A stretch of DNA of 60,416 nt, filler included, from Collodictyon triciliatum (taxonomy: Eukaryota): the NCBI GenBank assembly GCA_043381765.1. It is 4 parts of 4 records of this genome, joined end to end, with 100 filler letters (N's around TTAATTAATTAA, not from the genome) between each part and the next. Parts side by side here need not be neighbours in the genome. Positions count along the whole stretch, not along the records: positions 30,267 to 45,292 come from JBHJMP010001737.1; positions 45,393 to 60,416 come from JBHJMP010001738.1; 2 more parts are not named here. One strand, 5' to 3'. Below the pieces are notes generated by a model, which worked only from the letters and a program-made list of their open reading frames with translations, was not told where the DNA came from and ran no database searches. Positions within the stretch are counted from its first letter, which is position 1; each line of letters starts with the position of its first letter. A program made the position numbers and the translations under genes. This document shows, piece by piece, positions 30,719 through 51,018 of the stretch.

Positions 30719-33407
30719 ATGGTCTTACTTGCTGCACCTAATGAGCCTACCTACAAACAAGAAGTCCACAACATACTTGTGATTGTTTTGGTCTTCCTTC
30801 TTTCGCTGTGGACTATTCGGATATGTCGCTTGATTCTTCAGTTGGCAGAATTGTCCACTTCACTCCGCTCAAGACAGGTTTACATTTCCTCCTTGTCTAC
30901 TTGTTTCCCATCACTTCTTTCCTTTCATTTTCTTCATTTTCTTCATTTTCTTCATTTTCTTCATTTTCTTCATTTTCTTCATTTTCTTCATTTTCTTTAT
31001 TTTCTTTATTTTCTTTATTTTCTTTATTTTCTTTATTTTCTTTATTTCCTTCATTTCCTTCATTTCCCTTCATTTCCCTTCATTTCCCTTCATTTCCCTT
31101 CATTTCCCTTCATTTCTTTCATTTTTATGCGTAGATGGCTCGCATGGATAACTTCGAGCTCGAGTTTGGCGATGTGCCGTTGATTTCCCGCACACAATTC
31201 GAGCATGCACTCCGCACAAAAATGAAGTCACTCTCTGTTCATGTGGAGCCCGCACTTAACTTCCTGGACATTCAACCGAGCAGGTTCATGTCCAATCAGG
31301 CTTGAAAATATCTCAAACAGTGTTTGATGGAAAGTATGACCCCTAACCCTTACACATTTACTATTTCAATATTTGTGACGTATTATGCGCGTTTTTAACC
31401 ATGGTAACACGATTCTTCCTTCTCTTTTTTTTTCTCCAGCTTCCAAGTCACTATGTCCCCAGACTTACCGAAAAGGCTGTTTGTTTATTTAAAGTTCCAA
31501 AGCAGAGTTGCCACAAAGATAGACTGTCTTTGGGGTGTTTCCAAAGGTGGATTCGATGTATTGGTAAACAATTCACTGGGCGATGAAAATGGGCGATATT
31601 CTAGATTAGTTGATGATACTATCAATGGCGTGCCATTTATAGAGTCTGCATTAAAAATCCCTTATACGAACGATAATGAATTTGATGTTTCACTGGCTAC
31701 CAATATGCATTCCGGTGTGGTACATTCTACAGCTTTAGAGTGTGGCGAGTTATCTGGAAATCATCCTGTAATTTTATATGAAGCTCATTTTCTCCTTTGT
31801 TTTTATATTGTAATCAAATATTTACCATTTAATCAATTTTGTTGGTTGGTCTGAGTGATAATACCATATATTTTTTTCAATAAAACAGGAGAGTAAACAA
31901 GGAGCAAACTCGAACGCACAAAACAAGGCCGGATTCCAAAATCGAACTGATTATATTTTTAGCCGCCTAGAACTCGAGCTATCAGAGAAGTCTACACAAA
32001 GTATGACCTTTCATTCAAAGGCTTTTGAATACTTGTGGGACAGGCGTTTGTTTTCCTTACATAACGAAATGGAAAGGTAATTTTTCTTTCTTTTTTATAT
32101 AAAAAACGACATTCTTTTTGAACAAATAGTTACTTTTGTGTTAGATGTATTTCATCAGTGGTCATTCTGTAATAATTTTCAATCATAGCTTTTCACCAGG
32201 TTGTGACATCACTTGCAAACTTCCTCTAGAACCCACTATCCATGTAATATATGCTATATTGAAAAAAAAAAGAAGATATTTGTCACTTTAAGAAAGCCTC
32301 AGTTACGTTTTTCCTTTTTCCTTTTCCAAATTTTTTTAAAAGGAAATGTAGAAAAAATAACACAGAAACATATAATACTTGAAATGAAATACTGAATGAT
32401 AATTTTCCAGAGCTACCAACAAGCCTGCCAAATACCACTCAGATATGATTCACAAATGAACACATATCCCTTGGTAATTTTCCATCGTGTGGTGGGTTTC
32501 TCCTTAGATATAATTTTTTTCTTTTTTGCTTACGTACTTTATTTATAGCGTATATATTTCAATAATAACATAGAATTTCATTTTATAGCCATCTGCCAAG
32601 TTCAAAATGGAGTTTCCCCTATCGTACGTGTTGTCTGTAATTACCATCATTCAATTTCAAGTATCGTCGGGTAGTGAGAACGAGCATGCTGCTGTGGATA
32701 TTATGAAGCAATACATTGAGTTAAGCGATGGCAGAATACAGGAAGTCCATGTTTGTTTACCTGATTATTTGATTTCTTTCGCTGGTCATTATCGCTTTTT
32801 ATCAGAAAAATAAATCACATTCCTAAGACATATGATAATTCTGTTAAATTTCAATTATGTTTTTGTCTTCGTCATACTATTACTATTACTATTACTATTA
32901 CTATTACTATTACTATTACTATTACTATTACTATTACTATTACTATTACTATTACTATTACTATTACTATTACTATTATTGTTCCTATTACTATCCCTAT
33001 CCCTTATTATCTCTTGAACGAACTTTTTTAAAATATGTTACAGAATTTATATGGACTTGAACATCATGAATCCCCGGAATGTCTTGTTTGCTTTACCGAT
33101 CCAAAGGAAATAACCTTTCTTCCGTGTCGGCATTGTTGTGTCTGTACAGAGTGCTTCAAGAAGGTAAATCGCTTTGTAGAAGACATGTGCCTTCATATGC
33201 TTCTGCATCATATATATACCCACTACTCAGTGAGGGTATAATCATAAACTCTCTTCTCTCTACTTACTTTGATGGGTGCGATTTCCTTTTTCTCTTTCTT
33301 TTTTTTTTCTCCCTCCTCTTTCCCTTTTTATTAACTAGTTGGATAAATGTCCTGTCTGCCGTACGCCCGTGGGTTCATATCTTCAGCTCAAGAAAATGGG
33401 TTCATGA
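30719..33407 (+). CDS. CGRRF1-like membrane-anchored RING (C3HC4) E3 ubiquitin ligase, multi-exon
   Basis: N-terminal hydrophobic segment, DVPLISR, CLWGVS, YPLVI, IMKQYIELSDGRIQEVHNLYG and RING CLVCFTDPKEITFLPCRHCCVCTECFKKLDKCPVCR; motif order matches CGRRF1 as recalled. Confidence 0.8.
30922..31120. repeat. Intronic pyrimidine-rich compound array (TTTCTTCAT / TTTCTTTAT / TTTCCCTTCA)
   Basis: Direct reading. Confidence 0.93.
32876..32980. repeat. Intronic (TACTAT)n microsatellite
   Basis: Direct reading. Confidence 0.96.
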
Positions 33408-33829
33408 ATGCCCTTTCTGCCCATGTTGTTTTTCTACATATCAATTTTATTGCCACAGTTTCTTTTGTTATCGTAAAATTAATTTCTCCAGTTATTTTCT
33501 CCACAACAAAATCCTGATTCACCGAACAGTTATAAACCACTACACAAATTTCAATCTATCCATTTTAATCTTTTACGAGAAAAAAAAAGTACCAGTTTGG
33601 CAAATGTTCTTGCAATACTTCACTGTTAGCTGTAATGGAAGAAAACTAGAAAATAGCATTAAATATGATAAAATAGCTGCGGGCAGTGGAAATGGAAACG
33701 GAATGTCAAACATCAGCGCTTTAAGACATCTTCAGTCTAATTTCTATCTGGCTTTATAGTTTGTTTATTGGATTCATCCACCAGATTGTCAACTTTACTA
33801 TTTCTTCAACTTTCTCCTCTTCTGCACAG

Positions 33830-34750
33830 CTATTCAGAATTGGGATAGGGAGGAACCAATGGCACTTTGCCGGGCGTGAAATGCTGCGATCTGAACTCAC
33901 TTTCATCCTCCTCAGAGTACAAAAAGCGTCTGCGGCAGGATTCCTCTGAAATAATAATAATAATTTATCATCACGCACCTTTTTTCTTAAAAAAAAAAAA
34001 AAGCCATGTGAAAAAAAAAATTAGTATAGCCAGGCAACTAATTTGTTTGCTCTTAAGTTTGACTTGATGATATTATTGCAGTCTTCTGGGGACATACCAG
34101 TGTATTCAATAGTGTAGCTACTGGGGTTGTGGCTAGGTGGGCTTGGGCCGCTGATGCCTACGGATGGAATTGTAGAAGCAGGCAGCGTTGAACCTTGGAA
34201 GGTTAGCTGCGTCGACGCGGACGACGGCGTTTCGATTATTGGGGGGTGTGACGAGAAATAGGGCAAAGGATTTTGGTGGGGCTGTTGGTTAAACTGAAAA
34301 GTAGACGAAGCTACGTATGGCTGTGCATTGGGCTGACTTGGCGGGAAGCCGATGGGCGAGATTGGTGAGGCCAGAGCAGCGAAGGAGTTATGAGAAGGTT
34401 GAGTGGGCCATGGAGTAGATGAAGCTTTGTTTCCAAACGGAGTGTTTGCACTTCCAGTGGGCATGTTGCTTTGATGAGAGGATTTGTTTCCGAACGGAGT
34501 GTTTGCACTTCCAGTGGGCATGTTGCTTTGATGAGAGGATTTGTTTCCGAACGGGGTGTTTGCTCCATACGAGCTTTGGTTTTGAAATTGATGTTGTTGA
34601 TGATGATGCTGTTGATGGGGTTGAGTTTGTTGTTGAGTGTTTTGTCTGTTTTGGGCGAAAGGAGTGTTTGCTCCTGTGCTGCTTTGCTGGTTGTACTGCG
34701 GCTTGCCTTTGCCTTGGTTGCGGTTGAGGATTTGGTTTTGATTTTGTTGC

Positions 34751-34784
<34 letters not shown>

Positions 34785-34993
34785 GCTGCTGTTGTTGATT
34801 GTGGTGTTGGTGTCCTTTGTTCTTGTGATGAGACTTCTTGCTGCTTGCCAAAAAATAAAAAAAATAATAATAAAAATAAGTTCGCAACGCCCGGCGTGTG
34901 TATGCGCGCTTGACTAGTGTTTCTTTTGCTATCATTTTCTTTGACATCTATATGTGGCCATACACTCGGCTCCACTTACTTTCCGCCGGCCAT
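33830..34993 (-). CDS. Nup42/NUPL2(hCG1)-like protein: polyQ, TPFG repeats, C-terminal Gle1-binding-type motif; three exons
   Basis: MAGG|...polyQ...SANTPFGNK repeats...EYT|EESCRRRFLYSEEDESEFRSQHFTPGKVPLVPPYPNSE*; the C-terminus matches the F-x-x-x-x-FTxGKIP-x-x-PP motif of Nup42. Confidence 0.68.
34428..34565 (-). repeat. Coding 57-bp tandem repeat (19 aa SANTPFGNKSSHQSNMPTG), about 2.4 copies
   Basis: Near-identical copies visible in DNA and protein. Confidence 0.9.
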
Positions 34994-35815
34994 TCCTCCG
35001 TCGGTTCTTTGCTTGCGTGTTTGTGGACTCTGTAGCTGCTTACTTGGCTTCGTTGCGTTAGTCTTTGGCTTCAGTATTTGATTTGGCTTCTGATTCTTGC
35101 TGATCGGGGTGGACACTCTCACGGAATCGAACCCACAGGGCCACACGCAAACACGATGCTGAGATTCAATGAAAATTTACTCATACCAAATATAGATTTT
35201 ACATGCGTTATGGGTTCCAATGTCGATTACACATGTATATAATCCGTTATTTTATTCCACTTTTATCCACACTTCTTGAATATTCTGCAGCAGACAAATC
35301 CAAACCGATCTTCGGGTTAAGTGATCAAACCAAAACGCTAGATGCATCCCGCTCAACGCAGCAGGAAGAGTCGAAGGACAAAGAGCGAGAGAGCGAAAGA
35401 GCGAGAGAGGAAGGCCAGAAGAAATGCATTTTATTTCGCACGAAGCAGAACCGCGTGTTCCAGACTATCCTTTGCGTCTTTCGATGCTAATTCTTTCCTG
35501 ATCGTCGCTACATTTCCAGACAGCCCAGATAAACTTCTATGTGATTTTCTCTGTCTAAACAAAACAAAAAAAAACAACATAAAAAACTAAAAAAACCACA
35601 TAAAAAACAAAAAAACAAAAAAAAACCACATAAAAAACTAAAAAAAACACATAAAAAACAAAAAAAACATGAAAAAAAAACATGAAAAAAACATGAAAAA
35701 CGTAAAAAAAAACAACATAAAACAAACACTGACTTACTTGCTTATATCCCTTAGCAGAACCAAAAACCAAGAACCAAAAACCAAAACCAAAGAAAACCCA
35801 AGAAACCACGTTGAA

Positions 35816-37236
35816 ATGATCCCGCCCATGAACTCGCTTGTGCGCTACGACAACCCGGTGCTTGTGAGCTCGACCAAGGACAAAGGCAAGAAGGCGGGCG
35901 CAGCCAACGGCAAAGGAGCGGCCGCAGCCGGCAAGAGCGGGGCAAACACAAGCAAGAGCGGGGCGGCCGGCAAAGCGCCGATTGCGCTGGTCGACGCGAA
36001 AGGGCAGCCCACGCAGACAGAAGATATCCTCAACGCGATTCTGCCGCCCCGCGAATGGGTCGAGGATGGCCAGCTCTGGGTCCAGCATGTCTCCAGCACG
36101 CCCGCAACTCGTCTTGACGTCGTCAATCTGCAGGAGCAGCTCGACCTGAAGCTGCAGCAGAGACAGGCCCGTGAGACAGGCATCTGCCCCGTGAGGCAGG
36201 AGCTCTATGCCCAGTCATTTGGTCTGTGATTACGTGTGATTTTTTTTATAATTGCGTGATTACATGTTAATATGTGTGAATGTGTGTGATTTTCTGTGAT
36301 TTCGTGTGATTTTTTTTATTGTGTGATTGCATGTGATTATATGTGAATGTGTAATTACGTGTAATTACGTGTGATTTTCTGTGATTTTGTATGATTTCGT
36401 GTGATTTCGTGCGATTTTTTTTATAATTGCGTGATTGCATGTGATTATATGTGATCGTGTTCAGACTACCATCCCAGCGCAGAACCATATATTACTTGTA
36501 TACTTGAAGATGTCCTGATATTATTCCTGATTATCGTAAGATGGTTGTTGGTTTACACTAATGAAATATTGTTTTATTCGTTGGTAGACGAAATCATTCG
36601 TGAGGTAACTATCAACTGCGCCGAGCGCGGTCTACTACTGCTTCGCATCCGGGATGAGATTCGCATGACAATATCTGCGTATCAGACGCTATATGAAAGC
36701 AGCATCGCTTTTGGAATGCGCAAAGCTTTGCAGGCAGAGCAAGGCCGCGCCGACATGGAAACTAAGGTTTGATAAAATTCAAATCATGCGGACGGGTTTA
36801 TCATGTCATCGTATGTACTACTTCTGAAATACTGGAATGACTAAATTGTTGCGTTTCGTCATAGGTCACTCAATTAGAAAACGACAAGAAGGATTTAGAG
36901 AGACAGGTAAATCTTACATTGATATGCGTCTATGCAAACTCTTTCTATTCAACGAGTGAGTCACATGTGTATGTTTCTATTATCGCTCCACAACATAACA
37001 TCGTGCCGCATTCTACTAATTACATCGCCTTAACATCCGCAAAATAAACTTTGTTACATTCGTGACATGCAAAGGTCCAAGATCTGAAAGCGAAATGTGA
37101 AGCCATCGAGAAGCGTGAGAATGAGCGCCGTGCCATCGAGGAGAAGAAACATTCAGAAGAGATAGCCTTCTTGAAAAAGACAAACCTTCAGCTCAAGCAG
37201 CAGCTGGAAACCATTCTGTCTCCAAACAAGAAATAA
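35816..37236 (+). CDS. DNALI1: Axonemal inner-arm dynein light intermediate chain p28 (IDA4), four exons
   Basis: MIPPMNSLVRYDNPVLVS...TEDILNAILPPREW...SSTPATRLDV...QARETGICPVR...INCAERGLLLLRIRDE...YESSIAFGMRKALQAEQG, TAA at 37234-37236. Confidence 0.97.
36225..36455. repeat. Degenerate ~10-nt GTGATT-core minisatellite in DNALI1 intron 1
   Basis: GTGATT/GTAATT core recurs throughout; block TTTTTTATAATTGCGTGATT is duplicated. Confidence 0.8.
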
Positions 37237-38535
37237 CACATTTACCATTATTTTTCTGTCCACTCATTTCTCTTTTTGACTGAAAATCTAACAAGAGCAA
37301 ATGAAATCCCTCTCCTTTCCTTTTCTTTCATTTAAAAAAAAAAAAAAGAGAAGATTTTGCGATTGGGTTCGAAACTTTGACATAATGCTGACTTTTTCAT
37401 TTCCAAGGCCCTTCTCGACTCTTTCTTTTAATCAGCAGCATCGCTTCCCTTGTGACGCCATCAACACCCAAGAAGCAAAACCAAACCAAATATAAAGCTA
37501 TGTACAGCTTCCCACCACTTATTTCTGTTCGTCGATTCATCCATAACACACCCGGACTGTCTACGAAGCTGAATTCCGTTGTGAATGACACTTATGTTTC
37601 TTTTGCATGTCGCAACCTATTTTTCACTGCTGCGTATGGAATTGGAAAAAGTAGTTTGTCTGCGTAAAATCAGGCTTGGGAAATGCAGAACACAGGTCTT
37701 TTCTTGGAGAAGATAGATATCAATCATATGTTAATACCAATATGTCATTAGTATCAAAGATAATCCATATACTGCATTGTGTGTTGTCAGAATTAAGCCA
37801 AACCAGATTAAATATATATCGCAGGTCTACCGAACTGGAATCACGAACAGAAGGTTTGCCAAAATGACATGAAACTACGCTAAAGTCTTTTATTGCGGCG
37901 CAGTTGTAATGGAATGTGTAACTATTAAAATAGTCCCGATGAGAGAAAAGGCACAGGAATATCATACGTTTCTGATTTACATAAAAAAAAAACACACACA
38001 GAACAAAACAAAACAAAACAAAACAAAACAAAACAAAACAAAACAAAAAAAGCAGATGACGAGCCCTGGCGTAATAACATGAGCACATTGTCTTGGACGG
38101 CGATAAAATCCACGGAAAATGAAATTAATATTTACTTTGTGTTATATGCAAATCTTTTCCTTTTCTCCCTCTTTTTTTGTACGGCAACGCTGCCAAACTC
38201 TAACACTAAACCCTAACCACGCAGAAACTGGTCTAACTACGCAAGAAAAACACCTCGAAATACGCCAAACATAATCCTTTCCTTTCCTCATTTTTTTTTA
38301 AAAAAAAGAAAAACAACCGACCAACTCGACGTAATCTAGTCTGAAAGTCTCAGCGCAGTGGTCTAGCTCGACGCCGCACATTCCAGTGCTTTTCTTTCTC
38401 TTTTTCAATCATGAATCAGACTCGTCTTTTTATGCTGGGGACACACAAACGGTCTCGGAAGTGATGATGGAAGCGAAAAGGCCAAAAGTGAGCTTGAAAA
38501 GAGGACACGTTTGTGTATGGGTGTGTTTGGCGGTG

Positions 38536-45127
<6,592 letters not shown>

Positions 45128-45292
45128 CTGCAATTTTATGTTGCAATTAATAATAATATTATATAATTATCTTTATGAATATGAATATGATTATTATTAC
45201 TATTATTATTACTATTATTATTACTATTATTATTACTATTATTATTACTATTATTATTACTATTATTATTACTATTATTATTACTATTATTA

Positions 45293-45392
45293 NNNNNNNN
45301 NNNNNNNNNNNNNNNNNNNNNNNNNNNNNNNNNNNNTTAATTAATTAANNNNNNNNNNNNNNNNNNNNNNNNNNNNNNNNNNNNNNNNNNNN
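45293..45392. other. Artificial contig spacer N44-TTAATTAATTAA-N44
   Basis: Same 100-nt linker. Confidence 0.97.
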
Positions 45393-47287
<1,895 letters not shown>

Positions 47288-48781
47288 TGGAGAGCGGGAT
47301 GCGCGGATTGTTTCCTCTGCTTCTTTCTTTTCTTTGAGATAATTGCCTTAGCCTATAGTTCCACCGTGGAGAATCTGTTTGAGAGCAAAATATAATAATT
47401 CAGGTTTTTTTTTGTTATCACAGCGATGGTTTTTTTGTTTGGTTGGCGGAAAATAACGGCCTTTCTTCAGGTTTATTTGCCTCCTCCTTTTTCTTTTCTT
47501 TTCTTATTTGTTTCCTCATTCTTTTCTTCTTTCCCCTTGCTTTTGTCCATGCTTTTGTCCATGCTTTTGTGCTGCCGAACGGAATTGATTTGGCCACAAC
47601 CCCTTCCGTGCGTTGACCAAAGACCATGTGGGTGGCCGCAGAGAAGGTCGGCGCACATATACACTTTTTTTTAAAAAAAAAAGACTTTTATGAGGATACT
47701 TTTCATTTGTTGCTGCTGTTTTCCGAAGGAAAAAGTAAAAGCCGTGCAACCGTGAGGCTGGAAAACTGCAGGGAGCATAAGGAAGTTATTGGCTTATATT
47801 TTATTTCTTCATAATTTTTTTTTACGTATTTTTGGTTATTTTTTTGGTTTTTATCTGATTTTTGGTTGTTTTTTTTTAATTATTCAACAAATGAGGAAGA
47901 AAACTGAATCGATTGATTTTCACAGGCAAAGAGAATATACTTGTGAACGGTTGCCATAATGAACCAAGCCCGCTCACACATGTTTTGTTTTTTTTTTCAC
48001 TCCAGGCTTGTCATGTAATTGGTGCATGTTTTGGATTGTGTGGGGTTTTTATGGAACAGTGTGCTCCTCTGCCGCGACTTCAGCTAGGTGAATGTTGTGC
48101 AGAAGGCATATGAAAGAAAAAAAAATAAGAGGAAAAAAAAAAAGTAAAGAACCCAGATAATTGTGTGGGAAAAAGAAAGGATGGCGAAAGGTGAAGGCTG
48201 AGGAACCAAGAGCTCGTGTATGGTGCGAGCCCCTCAGACCCGATTTCGTTCGGCTCTGGTCTTCTCTGATTTTGTTGCTGATTCCAACCACAAATCCAAC
48301 GGACAGCCGAGACAGGAGAAGCCGGAAATCAGCGCCCATTTTCGCAAAGCAAGTCTGCAAACAATCCACGAACTGGCAGATTCCAGGCAAATGAGTATCC
48401 AACCACACCCAATCGTTCGCCAAACACACCGCCCTGAACCCTGCACATTTGCTTCGCTGAATCGCCTCTTCTCTGAAGCCCTCAACCGCCCAGAGAATCT
48501 ATTCCCACTCCGCACTTATCACAAACAAGGAGGCCACACAATTCCAGGCGTGAAGCAGAAAGGGGCAAAGGATCAAGCAGGAATCGGCCTGTCAAACCCG
48601 GTTTCCATCCAGCGATGCAGAATAGATACGGTACTTTCAAGCGAATAACCAGATGTTGACTTGCCATATGCATCATCCAATTCTGGATAGTAGAGCCGCT
48701 TCTGGAAGAGGGTGGAATGCTGGGTTGGGCGACTAGGCCTTCTACGTTTCATCCAGCCCGCCAAAAGGGCAGAAGTTCTGT

Positions 48782-48963
48782 TTATTTGTTTGGCTGGGGA
48801 GTGAGGCGCAGATAGGGACGGACTTCCTTCCAGCCCTTCGGGAAGAGCTCGGTGGCTTGCTCGTTCTTGATGGATGGCACGATGACGACATCGTCTCCGT
48901 CCTTCCAGTTGACTGGAGTGGCGACCTGGATAGTTTGTGGTCGATGTTACACAAGATTGTTAA

Positions 48964-49042
<79 letters not shown>

Positions 49043-50386
49043 CGGTTTGCATGAATCTCTGGGTTGACCTTGTAGTTGTCAGTAAGCTGGAGCGAATCCA
49101 CAACGCGGATGATTTCGTGGAAGTTGCGGCCAGTGGAGGCAGGGTAGGTGATGATCAAGCGAATCTTTCTGTGGGGGAAATGAAGTTGGTGAGCAGATGT
49201 TCTTACCTTTCCCGAGAAAAAAAAAGTGAAGGTGTTTCACGCACCGTGAAATATATATGAAGTATGAACGGCAGAGAAAAGGAGGGGACATTGTGTTTGG
49301 AAAATGTTTCGGTGGAAATCTTGAATGAGTGTTTATGATATACATTCCATAGATATGGAGATCCATTAGTTCACGTGCCTGTTGGGGTCGATGACGAAGA
49401 CGCTGCGCACGGTCAAAGGCAGGCCAGCAGAGTCACGGTTTCCTTGGTCGAGCATTCCGTACAGGATGGCAACAGAGCGGTCGTGGTCAGCCAGGATGGG
49501 GAAGTTAATCTGAAAATAAAAACAACATGAAACGGGTCATTCTGGCGTGTTGATGTATGTATATTTCAAGTAATATCGAGGAAACAAAGCTGTCATTCAA
49601 GAGAGTGAAAAAAAAACTGACTTATCGATAGCAATGTGATGTACAAACGGATGAAAAGAGACAAGGAGGACATCCGCCAATTTGCAGACATATGTATTTT
49701 GCTTGGGCAGGCCAATTAGATGAAATAAACTCACGCGAGTCTGCTGGGTCTCTTCAATGTCAGGAAGCCAGCCAGAGTGGGATTCCATGGTGTCGCAGCT
49801 GAGGCCGATGGGCTTGACGTTGCGGCGCTCCCATTCAGGCTTCAACTTGGAGACCTGCAAGGTGGTGAGTTAGGGCGCCTGCACATACCAAAGGCGGCAT
49901 GAAGAAACAAAGTGCAGAACACGCGCTAACCTCGCCGAGCTCGGTGGTGCAGACGGGCGTGTCTAGAAGCGACCCGGTTATTATGAGTGCACAAGAGAAG
50001 AAAAATATCGTGGTGAGCATATATATATATAAATAACAGAGTGCTTGAGATGTGGAGAGAAAGAGAGAAAGGGCGGTTTGTTTTTTTTGAGGGGTATCGA
50101 TCTCGAGTGCACTCACAGTCGGCAGGGTGGCTAGAGGAGGCGAAGAACGATGTTCAGTATACACAAACCATGGCACAAGGGAGGGGGCAATAGGAAGTAA
50201 GAGTAAAATAATAATAAAAATAAAAATTAATGAAGTGCTAGAAAAGGAGCTAGAAGAGAAATAGATGAGTCTGCCCAACCTGAAGAGGATTGTCCAGGCC
50301 GATCCAGCCCACTCGTAGAAGCGGATGGAGCCTTCATTGGAGTCCTGAGTGAAGTCGGGGGCAATGTCGCCAAGTCGGAGAGCCAT
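48782..50386 (-). CDS. PRDX6: 1-Cys peroxiredoxin (Prx6 family), multi-exon
   Basis: MALRLGDIAPDF...FSHPADYTPVCTTELG...[44 protein letters not shown]...PYLRLTPQPNK*. Confidence 0.97.
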
Positions 50387-51018
50387 GTCGTGTTGCGGGT
50401 TGGTCGATTCCTGTCGGCGCCAGTCAGATTAGTGTCCTTTGGAGGAGACTTTCCCTTTGAGCATTTGACCCACTTGGTTATTGGCGTGGGATCAATGAGC
50501 ATTCAACAAATTTTAACAAACCTTCCATTCGTGACGCATTTTTAACACGGAGCTGTTTATATTGCGCCGGTGCTATCGACGAAGCTTCTGTCCCGCGCTT
50601 TTTCGTTTCTTTTTTTTTTGTGGGCGGAGATGTCACATGACAGATTGTGCCCCCACTCCATATGTGGACGAGATACAATGCCCGTTTTTGAGGGGGGGGG
50701 GTGGATGGAATCTGGATTATTGGATGCTTTCAGTAAATTTGATCTTTTATGGAATAGGGAGGAAGGTCAGCTTCACGTCCTGGCATCGGTGCTGTGGTTT
50801 GGTACGCGCTAAGGTTTTTTTTCTCTCTCCGATGCGAGAGGAGCTGCAAACAAAGGGGAGCGGAGGAAAATGATTCTAAATGATGTGCCGATTTTTTCTC
50901 ATTAAATACGAGTTCCAACGATAATGTATTACAAGGTTGGAGCATAGCGAAGAAGCTGTGATTGATGGAATGAGGAGGTTCGAGTTAGTATAATCCAGGA
51001 GCGGCACACGCCGAATGA

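Noticed and set aside
30211-30737. Long poly-F/I/Y/L/V ORFs in the track here and at 14742, 32832, 40315, 46891 and 60129
   Set aside because: Translations of microsatellites and N gaps
37300-38400. Possible small gene or ncRNA between DNALI1 and MAN2C1, including a telo-box-like AAACCCTAA near 38208 and a tRNA A-box-like CAGTGGTCTAG near 38356
   Set aside because: No consistent splice path, no cloverleaf or B-box, and single short motifs are expected by chance
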